DNA of 64,000 nt, from positions 1,797-65,796 of the forward strand of contig JACJXF010000008.1 of the NCBI GenBank assembly GCA_020636775.1. Direction: 5' to 3'. The notes under the pieces were generated by a model. It was not told where the DNA came from, made no database searches, and was given only the letters and a program-made list of their open reading frames with translations. Each line of letters starts with the position of its first letter. The stretch's first letter is position 1. The position numbers were made by a program, and so were the translations under genes. Source of the stretch: Bacteroidales bacterium (GTDB lineage Bacteria; Bacteroidota; Bacteroidia; Bacteroidales; GCA-2748055). This document shows positions 18,965 through 26,773 of this stretch, piece by piece.

Positions 18965-19025
18965 GGAGGAGAAGAGAGAAAAAGAAAGAGAACTGCAGAG
19001 AATATCTCAGAAAGCAGTCTCTTTC
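18965..19025 (-). terminator. Rho-independent terminator of the 19068-20036 gene
   Basis: The minus-strand stem GAAAGAGACTGC pairs with GCAGTTCTCTTTC (19014-19025 / 18984-18996, one bulged base). It is followed by the T/C-rich run TTTTTCTCTCTTCTCC. Confidence 0.55.
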
Positions 19026-19067
19026 TTATTATAATTGAATTTAGATACAGTTTAGTCTGGACAATTG

Positions 19068-20036
19068 TCAATTGCCGTCCTGATATTCGAGAATGTTTTG
19101 TTCTTTTATCCTTTCTCCCAACAGGAATGCATAATTTTGGGAATCTCTGTTTCCATATTTTCCCCAGGCCGCCTGTGCCCATTTTTTAGCTTCCGGCAAA
19201 TCCCCTTTTATCTCGTAAACTACAGCCAGATTGTGAGCCGCCCGGCCTTTTGTTTTTCTTTTGCCATTATCAACAGCAGCATTAAGATATTCAATGGCGG
19301 ATTCCCAGTCATTGACTTCCATCATTCTTGCACCTGTTTTAAGGTTCTGATCGTGTTTTGATTTCCTGTAATACTGACGAACCACCTGGAACCATGAAGG
19401 AGCAATTCTTTTGCCGTAAATATAACCTGCATTATAACTGGCATCCTGAATAGCCTTGGTTTTTTCAACCATTCGATTGATGGCTCCTGCAACCGTATTT
19501 ACCTGTCCTCCCCAGGCCATGTCCTGTCTTACCTGGTTCTGATCGAATATTAACCTGGCTTTTGGATCATACAGCCTGAATCCGGCCTTTACAATGATCA
19601 TACTGGTGGGAATAATATAATCACTGTCGAAAAGCTCCAGGCTTATTATGGCATCCACCTGGTATTTGTTGCAAAGTTTATCAATCTCCATCCAGTCAAG
19701 AGCCTGTGGAAATTCTTCCGGATTACTCTCCTTTTGCATTACAACATCCGTTCTGATAACTTCATAGCGGCCGGAGCTGTTGAGCATATCAATCAATCCG
19801 TCAATTACATATTTCGAAGCAAGTTTATCTTCCCCGGGCAGTTCACCGGTAAGGCCTGCTTCCAGCTTATTTCTGTTGGTTTTAGCAAGGGTTGAATGAT
19901 CTATAATTGCAACCGATTTTATATAATCGGGTACATTAATTAAAGCTGGTCTCCGGGCATTAAAACGGATATCGGATGCCGATAATCCAAGTATTACCGA
20001 AAACAGCAGAATAAATATTACGGATAGCTTTTTCAT
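19068..20036 (-). CDS. Secreted protein with a C-terminal TPR-like module, hypothetical
   Basis: 322 aa. The signal peptide is MKKLSVIFILLFSVILGLSA. The TPR-like C-terminus is WESAIEYLNAAV...AAHNLAVVYEIKGDLPEAKKWAQAAW. Confidence 0.45.
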   Translation of the reverse strand: MKKLSVIFILLFSVILGLSASDIRFNARRPALINVPDYIKSVAIIDHSTLAKTNRNKLEAGLTGELPGEDKLASKYVIDGLIDMLNSSGRYEVIRTDVVMQKESNPEEFPQALDWMEIDKLCNKYQVDAIISLELFDSDYIIPTSMIIVKAGFRLYDPKARLIFDQNQVRQDMAWGGQVNTVAGAINRMVEKTKAIQDASYNAGYIYGKRIAPSWFQVVRQYYRKSKHDQNLKTGARMMEVNDWESAIEYLNAAVDNGKRKTKGRAAHNLAVVYEIKGDLPEAKKWAQAAWGKYGNRDSQNYAFLLGERIKEQNILEYQDGN

Positions 20037-20243
20037 GGTGTTTTATTTAGATTCAGGTGATGCAAATTAAATGCCAAAATTTCAACCAATAATACCTTTG
20101 AGCTTAAAGCCTCTATAAAATATCAGCTTTCAGCACTATCTCCCAGATAAAGGATTGAAACAATTTTTACTAAATTAGCAATTTATTCCATGTTATTAAA
20201 TTCAAAACAGAGTTGAGGAAAATTCAATAAAAAATCTTTAACA

Positions 20244-21098
20244 ATGAAGCTTTTTATGACCTTTATTTTTTTGCTGACTTCTGTGGCGGGATATACACAG
20301 AATCATGAAATGCTTGAGCTGTGGCCCGGAAAAGTACCAGGTGAAACAAAAGCCAAGGCAAAACCGATTATTAGTAATCAGAATAACGACAATGTAGAAC
20401 GCTATACTGAAGTTACTGATCCTGTTATGGAGGTCTTTCTTCCTGTTCCTTCCAAAAGTAATGGCTCTGCAATTATCGTTTGTCCGGGAGGGGGATATAA
20501 TATTCTGGCCTACGACAAAGAGGGTATCGAGATTGCCAATTGGCTGAATGGTTTAGGCTATACCGCATTTGTACTGCAATACAGAATTCCCCGGAAAAAA
20601 GAAGGGGCCCTGCAGGATGTGCAGAGGGGCATACGCCTTGTAAGAACGAATGCAAAAAAATGGAATATTTCTCCTGATAAGATTGGTGTTATGGGATTCT
20701 CTGCAGGTGGCAGTCTTAGTGCAAGAGCCAGTACCCTTTATAATCAGAGGACTTACCCGGCTCAGGATGCTGCCGATAGTGCCTCCTGCCGGCCCGACTA
20801 TACCGTATTGATTTATCCGGCTTATCTGGATGAGGGCCCCGGCAAAAGCCTTACAACAGAACTGGCAGTTGACGGTAATACCCCACCAGCATTTATATTT
20901 CAGACTGCTGACGACAAATATGGAAACAGTGCCCTGGTAATGGCCACTGCCCTGCGAAATGCCAATGTGCCGGTTGAATTGCATCTTCTTCCCAATGGCG
21001 GACATGGCTACGGTCTTAGACCCGGCTCAAAGGCTGCTGAAACATGGCCTCTGTTATTAAGGGATTGGCTTTCAGAGATTGAAACTCAGGCAAAATAA
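20244..21098 (+). CDS. Secreted alpha/beta hydrolase (esterase/lipase fold)
   Basis: 284 aa with a signal peptide. It has the oxyanion CPGGGY, the nucleophile elbow GFSAGG, and a distal GGHGYG. Confidence 0.75.
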   Translation: MKLFMTFIFLLTSVAGYTQNHEMLELWPGKVPGETKAKAKPIISNQNNDNVERYTEVTDPVMEVFLPVPSKSNGSAIIVCPGGGYNILAYDKEGIEIANWLNGLGYTAFVLQYRIPRKKEGALQDVQRGIRLVRTNAKKWNISPDKIGVMGFSAGGSLSARASTLYNQRTYPAQDAADSASCRPDYTVLIYPAYLDEGPGKSLTTELAVDGNTPPAFIFQTADDKYGNSALVMATALRNANVPVELHLLPNGGHGYGLRPGSKAAETWPLLLRDWLSEIETQAK

Positions 21099-21125
21099 AA
21101 GATATAAATCTATACTTCCGGATTG

Positions 21126-21962
21126 ATGATGAGAAAATCAATGGAGAAAATTGAAAAAACAATAGACATACAAAAGGCAATCCGGAACAGTGATTCCGGA
21201 TTTTTCAGGTCGATGCCCCGGATTTTGATAAGGCTGATTGAAAAATTAATTCATCAGGATGAGATGAACGCCTCAATTCACCGAAGTCGGGAGAAAACGG
21301 GCGTCCCTTTTGTAAATGCAATTCTGGAAGGCTGGAATGTAGAGGTTATTGTAAAAGGAGGCGAAAATGTTCCTGAAACCGGGAAATTTGTTTTTGTAGC
21401 GAATCATCCCGTTGGAGGTATTGATGCATTGTCGTTTCTGAGCGCTATATACAGGTTTTTTCCGAATGTTATTTCCCCCTCTAACCAGCTTTTTAATTAT
21501 ATTCCAAATCTGCACCCGGTAATTCTGGGAGTGAATGTTTTCGGAGCCAATACAAAGGAGACGGCCGAAAAAATTAATCAGTTATTCCTTTCCGATGCAC
21601 AGGTAATGATATTCCCGGCAGGGGAGGTGTCCAGAAAGATAAATGGAAAAATATCCGACCCCGCCTGGCAAAAAACTTTTATCACTAAAGCAGTACAGTT
21701 TCAACGGGATGTAATTCCGGTATTTATCAGCGGAAGAAATTCCCGGCTTTTTTATTTTGTGGCAAGATTCAGAAAGGCACTGGGAATCAAAATGTACGTT
21801 GAAACAGTCCTTCTGCCAAGAGAAATGATGCTTCAACGAAATTCGTCGATTAGTCTTAGCTTTGGCAAGCCAATACCCTGGCAGAGTTTTACCACCGAAA
21901 AGAATCAGAATCAGTGGGCACAGGATGTTAAGGAAAAAGTATATCAGCTTGCTGAATCCTGA
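21126..21962 (+). CDS. Lysophospholipid/glycerolipid acyltransferase family protein
   Basis: About 278 aa. The HX4D motif is ANHPVGGIDAL and the block III-like motif is IFPAGEVSR. The substrate is not assignable. Confidence 0.6.
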   Translation: MMRKSMEKIEKTIDIQKAIRNSDSGFFRSMPRILIRLIEKLIHQDEMNASIHRSREKTGVPFVNAILEGWNVEVIVKGGENVPETGKFVFVANHPVGGIDALSFLSAIYRFFPNVISPSNQLFNYIPNLHPVILGVNVFGANTKETAEKINQLFLSDAQVMIFPAGEVSRKINGKISDPAWQKTFITKAVQFQRDVIPVFISGRNSRLFYFVARFRKALGIKMYVETVLLPREMMLQRNSSISLSFGKPIPWQSFTTEKNQNQWAQDVKEKVYQLAES

Positions 21963-22037
21963 TGGGTGTAAGAGGATTTTAAACAGCATGCCTATTGAAA
22001 GTTGTGTATTTAATCATGCTATTTAAAAGCTGTAATC

Positions 22038-23027
22038 ATGAGCCTTAAACTATACAAGCCCGAGGTTTTCCAGGGAAGCCTTTCTAAAAAGAATTATTTT
22101 GAGGGATGGTATTTCAAAAATGTTTCTGCAGACCAGAAGCATGTTTACTCTTTTATCCCGGGGGTTTCACTAACAGGTAAAAATCCGCATTCTTTTATAC
22201 AGGTTATAAACGGTATAAATGGTAAAACCGATTACTTAAGCTACCCTTTATCTGACTTCAGCTGGGAAAGCGATCGGCTGTCAGTCAGGGTAGGAGATTC
22301 CGTATTTACTGAAAATTCAGTTGAACTGAATATTAAGGATCCCGGCCTAAAGGTAAAAGGAAAACTGAGCTATTCAAATCTCACAAAATACCCTCAAACC
22401 TTATTCTCTCCGGGAATAATGGGATGGTATTCCTTCATACCCTTTATGGAGTGCAAGCATGGAATAGTCTCGGCGAATCACATAATTCAGGGCAGTATTG
22501 AAGTGTCGGGAGAAAGCATTGATTTTAACGAGGGGAAAGGATATATAGAAAAAGACTGGGGCTCCTCCTTTCCAGAAGCCTGGATATGGATGCAGGCAAA
22601 CAGTTTTAATGAAAGGTCTGTATCCTTTAACTTTTCAATTGCCAAGATTCCATGGCTGGGAAGTTTCTTTATAGGGTTTATTGGCTTTATATTTTTTAAT
22701 AAGGAATTTTACATCTATTCAACCTACAATAATTCCAAAATTCTTGAAATAAATCATTCCGATCAATCCCTTTCCATTGTCCTGGAAAACCGAAAATCAG
22801 TTCTGAAAGTACATGCCGATAAATCAACTTTTGGAGAATTGATTGCTCCGGTTTCGGGTGACATGTCGAGAAGGATAAAGGAGAGTGTGGACTCCGATAT
22901 ATCCGTCGAATTATTTGATGAGGAGAATAATCTTATTTATTCCGGTTTCAGCAAAAGAGCCGGATTAGAAATCATTGAGAAGATTTTTGACTACAAGGAA
23001 ATTCAAAAAATAGTATCAGGCAGATAA
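22038..23027 (+). CDS. Tocopherol cyclase-like family protein
   Basis: 329 aa. YFEGWYFK near the N-terminus and GKGYIEKDWGSSFP resemble the tocopherol cyclase (VTE1-like) family. No signal peptide was seen. Confidence 0.5.
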   Translation: MSLKLYKPEVFQGSLSKKNYFEGWYFKNVSADQKHVYSFIPGVSLTGKNPHSFIQVINGINGKTDYLSYPLSDFSWESDRLSVRVGDSVFTENSVELNIKDPGLKVKGKLSYSNLTKYPQTLFSPGIMGWYSFIPFMECKHGIVSANHIIQGSIEVSGESIDFNEGKGYIEKDWGSSFPEAWIWMQANSFNERSVSFNFSIAKIPWLGSFFIGFIGFIFFNKEFYIYSTYNNSKILEINHSDQSLSIVLENRKSVLKVHADKSTFGELIAPVSGDMSRRIKESVDSDISVELFDEENNLIYSGFSKRAGLEIIEKIFDYKEIQKIVSGR

Positions 23028-23050
23028 ATTGTATAAGTCCCCAGGACTAC

Positions 23051-23701
23051 TTAATCTTTAGTTTTCTTTTTGGAGCCTGGCGTGAAAAGGCCTGCTGGGT
23101 TGGAACCCAGCATGGATGATTCGAGTAGCAGGGGAGTGGCTTTTTCCAGCTTTTTAATCTGCTTCGCATTTACAAGTGGAAAATGCTTCACCTTATCGAG
23201 GTAATATCCAATGTCTTCCAGATCGTTCATGGTGGTCCTCCATTCCATGTAATCGAATCGCCGCAGGTTGTGTGGGAGTGAATATCCTCGCAACGACTTA
23301 TCCCCAATGGTATTAAAATAAAAGTCGAAATACGACATGGCCAGTTCTCTCAGTGTTTTATATACCGGCTCCCGGTAGCGAAGGGTGGTAAAATTGGATT
23401 TGGCGATAGCGCCCCAATATCCATCTGCTTTAAACACAGCAATAACATGGTCGTCATCATCATGAGCCTGAAGGTCGAGTACCAGAGGAGGCATACCGTT
23501 AAATTCGAGACACGCTGCGGCAAAAAGCGCTCCTTCCATACAGTGAGCCCTTGGGTGATTGAGAATATATCGCGTCGAACGGGTCTCTGTGGTTGAATTG
23601 TATTCGCATTCATCGAGATATTGCTGAATTTTAAAGGGAGTATTTAATTTTTTAAGCTGTTTTAGTTCGTTCTCCGACCAGCCATGATTCTGATTTTTCA
23701 T
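23051..23701 (-). CDS. Hypothetical protein with transglutaminase/papain-like Cys-His signature
   Basis: 216 aa. HCMEGALFAAACLEFNG (candidate Cys) is followed by DDDHVIAVFKADGYWGAIAKSN (candidate His and Asn/Asp). The call is by motif resemblance only. Confidence 0.3.
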   Translation of the reverse strand: MKNQNHGWSENELKQLKKLNTPFKIQQYLDECEYNSTTETRSTRYILNHPRAHCMEGALFAAACLEFNGMPPLVLDLQAHDDDDHVIAVFKADGYWGAIAKSNFTTLRYREPVYKTLRELAMSYFDFYFNTIGDKSLRGYSLPHNLRRFDYMEWRTTMNDLEDIGYYLDKVKHFPLVNAKQIKKLEKATPLLLESSMLGSNPAGLFTPGSKKKTKD

Positions 23702-23760
23702 TCTGCTGTTAATTATGAAAAAGATGTCATGAAGAAAAATACAATCGTGAATAAATGCTT

Positions 23761-24381
23761 CTATTTTGTACCAAAAAGTCTGTCGCCCGCATCCCCCAGT
23801 CCGGGAACAATGTATCCCGACTCATTTAATTTTTCATCCAGAGCTGAAATATATATGCTTACATCAGGATGCTCCGATTCAATTTTCTTAACTCCTTCAG
23901 GGGCTCCGACAATACAAACGAGTTTTATGATTCTGGCCCCAGCTTTTTTCACCTGTTTAATGGCTGAACTCGCACTTCCTCCTGTTGCAAGCATGGGATC
24001 AAGAACCATAACCACGGCATCGGGCAGGTTGGAGGGAAACTTGGCATAATATGTCATCGGTTGCAGGGTATTGTGATCCCGGTACAGACCAATGTGCCCC
24101 ACTTTTGCTGTAGGGATAAGATTAGTAATTCCATCAACCATACCCAGTCCGGCCCTGAGTACAGGCACCAGAACAATATCCATTGCGAGTTCAAAGGTGG
24201 ATGTCTTACAAATGGGTGTGTCAATGTTTACGGTCTTAAGGGGAAGATCCCTGGTAATCTCATAAGCCATCAGGCCGGCAATTTCATCAAGTGTTTCACG
24301 GAAATCTTTGGTGCCGGTTTCTTTTCTTCTCATCTGTGTCAACTTATGGGTAATCAGTGGATGAGATATTACTGTAAGCAT
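23761..24381 (-). CDS. upp: Uracil phosphoribosyltransferase
   Basis: 206 aa. Motifs include [21 protein letters not shown] (PRPP loop) and [13 protein letters not shown]. Confidence 0.95.
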   Translation of the reverse strand: MLTVISHPLITHKLTQMRRKETGTKDFRETLDEIAGLMAYEITRDLPLKTVNIDTPICKTSTFELAMDIVLVPVLRAGLGMVDGITNLIPTAKVGHIGLYRDHNTLQPMTYYAKFPSNLPDAVVMVLDPMLATGGSASSAIKQVKKAGARIIKLVCIVGAPEGVKKIESEHPDVSIYISALDEKLNESGYIVPGLGDAGDRLFGTK

Positions 24382-24629
24382 TTCTGGAAGGTTTTATAGA
24401 TTAGCTTATAAAGATAATGTAAAATCGCTGAGCTGAAATAGTTTCTTTTAACAGGAATCGTTTTTAGAGATAAACATGCTTCAGGTATAATTATGTAACA
24501 TAAGTCTGAAGAAATAAATACACTTTTGTATTATAATTATATTTCTGAAAATTGAGCTGATGAGATTGTATTGTGTTTATAAATTGAGTATTTTTATATA
24601 GAATTTCTGGACCTAAAAGAATTACGGTT

Positions 24630-24893
24630 ATGGCAACAAAAAAAATTGTAAAATCCGCAGCTCCTGCTGCAAAAAAACCGGCAGCTAAAAAAACTTCTGC
24701 TGTAAAAAAGGTGGCCGACATTGAGGCAATCCGCAGAAAAGCTGAAGAGATTTATCATGCAAGGGTAGCCCGCGGTGAGCATGGCACTGCTGAAGGTGAC
24801 TGGCACGCTGCTGAAAAAATCATTCTTGACGGTAGTAAAAAACCTGCAGCGAAGAAGCCTGTGGCCAAAAAACCTGCAGCTAAAAAGAAATAG
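24630..24893 (+). CDS. Lys/Ala-rich histone H1-like protein with a central DUF2934-like core
   Basis: 87 aa. AAKKPAAKK-type repeats occur at both ends. The central segment is IRRKAEEIYHARVARGEHGTAEGDWHAAEKIIL, which fits the DUF2934 pattern. Confidence 0.6.
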   Translation: MATKKIVKSAAPAAKKPAAKKTSAVKKVADIEAIRRKAEEIYHARVARGEHGTAEGDWHAAEKIILDGSKKPAAKKPVAKKPAAKKK

Positions 24894-25024
24894 TCTGACT
24901 TTTTTCTGAAAGCAGGATTTGTTTCTTCCCTATCCGGGAAGGAAATACTACAGGTATAAATTGTCCTGTTTTCAATGGAGATATGCAAATTCCTTCCGGA
25001 TCTAATTTCATCCGGGAGGATTAT

Positions 25025-25681
25025 TTATTTTGCATCAGCATTAATCTCTGAAAAAGGGATGTTCAGAATTCTATACGATTGCCAGTCTTTATAATCGAAG
25101 TGCCACCACTCGTATTCATAGACCTGGAATCCGAAGCGCGTCATTACCTGTATCAGCAGATCCCTGTTTTCCCTTTCCTCCTTTGTTCCACCCTGATAAT
25201 CTGCATATGCAGACTCAAGAGCGGCATCATATGCTGATGGCATTTCCACTTCCTTTCCTGAGCTAAGGTAATACAGGCTAAGGTCGACAGCACAGCCCCG
25301 GTTATGTCTCGACCCTTCTCTCGGGTTAGCAACGAAGATTTTTTCCTTTTCGGGAGTAATATCCCAGAATAATTTAGTTACACTCCAAGGCCTGTAGCCA
25401 TCGAAAATAAGCAGTCCGTATCCCATGGTTCCTAAAACCGAATCAGCTTTTACAACTGCTTCGGCAGCAGGCCTTTGAAGGTATGCTTTTGCTTCCTCAT
25501 ATACGGGAGCCCCTGTAAAATTATTTGCTGTAGCATACCGGATATCAAGCTTCAGAGTGGAATCCAGCTTAATCAATTCCACTAAATCCGCATTCCTGAA
25601 TTCTCCCTTTTCACGCGGAGGTTTAACTGCGCAGGACGCCAGGAAGAGTATTAACAAGATACCCTGGAGGTATATTCTCAT
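25025..25681 (-). CDS. D-alanyl-D-alanine dipeptidase (peptidase M15D, VanX/DdpX-like)
   Basis: 218 aa with a signal/lipoprotein-like N-terminus (LFLASCAV). The zinc-site motifs are SRHNRGCAVDL and WWHFDY. Confidence 0.8.
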   Translation of the reverse strand: MRIYLQGILLILFLASCAVKPPREKGEFRNADLVELIKLDSTLKLDIRYATANNFTGAPVYEEAKAYLQRPAAEAVVKADSVLGTMGYGLLIFDGYRPWSVTKLFWDITPEKEKIFVANPREGSRHNRGCAVDLSLYYLSSGKEVEMPSAYDAALESAYADYQGGTKEERENRDLLIQVMTRFGFQVYEYEWWHFDYKDWQSYRILNIPFSEINADAK

Positions 25682-25738
25682 CTTCAGTTTATTGTTCCGC
25701 TAATATATCCAATTTCACGAAACAAGTCTATACGGCAA

Positions 25739-26524
25739 TTAATAGATGACAATATAATCGGTGTAATTGTCCATGGTTCCCGGTTTCAGAAAAGTTTTGA
25801 GTTTGTCCATAACGGGAGATATCTGTTCAAACTCTTTTATAAACAGTTCAGAAGGAACAGTCCGGCTCTGGGGGAAATATACCTTCCTCCGGTCGACCGT
25901 ATCAAACACCCACATGGATATGTATTTTCCTGCATTCTCACCTCTGTCACCTTTAAGAATATACAGGAATGATCCGGGGAGGGATTCCTGGAAGGCCGGA
26001 TTTAATTCATTTATTACAAAAGATTCGAATGCTGATTCTTTTCCCGGGATCACCTCGGGGTAACAAACCGAAATAACCTCGCCGATTTGTGGATTTATAA
26101 GGGAATTATATCCCAGAACGAGATAATCAGTATAGTTTACCACCTGAGCGATCAGGGGGTTTTCGAGAGGCGTTATCTCAAATTTCTGCAATACACTTTC
26201 CCATTGTGGGTTGTTTTGTCCGTCGGCATTCGGGAAATAGTAATCACGGGTAGTTTTAAAGTCGAATGCCCAGACAAAGCTGTATTTTGAGCTGCGGGTT
26301 CCGCGATCGGCCTTCATAAGCCAGCCGCTAACTCCCTTGGAATTCTCTTTAATTTTATCCGACCATTTCTTATAATAATTCTGGAAAACGATCTCGTTGG
26401 TTTCCGGGTTTAACTCTAACTCCCGGAAAGCCAGGACCTCAGGCATGTTCTGGGAAAAGAGGGAGGGAAAAAGAAAAACTAATGATGATATAAAAAGAAT
26501 CAGTGGAAATTTATTTGCTTTCAT
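25739..26524 (-). CDS. Secreted protein of unknown function with an internal tandem duplication
   Basis: 261 aa with a signal peptide. The two halves share GWLMKADRGTRSSKYSFVWAFDFKTTRDYYFP / FLYILKGDRGENAGKYISMWVFDTVDRRKVYFP, and both end in NYTDY. Confidence 0.5.
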   Translation of the reverse strand: MKANKFPLILFISSLVFLFPSLFSQNMPEVLAFRELELNPETNEIVFQNYYKKWSDKIKENSKGVSGWLMKADRGTRSSKYSFVWAFDFKTTRDYYFPNADGQNNPQWESVLQKFEITPLENPLIAQVVNYTDYLVLGYNSLINPQIGEVISVCYPEVIPGKESAFESFVINELNPAFQESLPGSFLYILKGDRGENAGKYISMWVFDTVDRRKVYFPQSRTVPSELFIKEFEQISPVMDKLKTFLKPGTMDNYTDYIVIY

Positions 26525-26773
26525 GATTTCAGGTTTTTCAGGTTCAATATTTGGAGGTATATCTGTGCAACAATCAATTTTTACAAGGGATACATCACAT
26601 CATGAACATTTCAGGCTTCATCATCATGTTAAAAATAAGGCATAGTTTTTTTAATGTCAAGATATTTCAAAGCAGTAGTTACAGCTAATTTAAACCAGCT
26701 TAAACACCTTAGCTCCTGGTACACTTAAACTTAAGAAAAGCAGGAAATTTTAAACGAGGATTGCCGTAAGGAA

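Noticed and set aside
18958-18970. ATTACACGGAGGA, a 12/13 match to ATTACACAGAGGA in the left arm of the 5189-5478 element
   Set aside because: It is too short to exclude chance in 128 kb of two-strand sequence. It lies next to the purine-rich tail of a terminator that explains the local composition.
24491-24988. Several 70-77 aa minus-strand ORFs overlapping the H1-like gene
   Set aside because: They are generated by the repetitive GCN/AAR codons of the sense gene. The sense frame has a coherent domain core and a clean start and stop.
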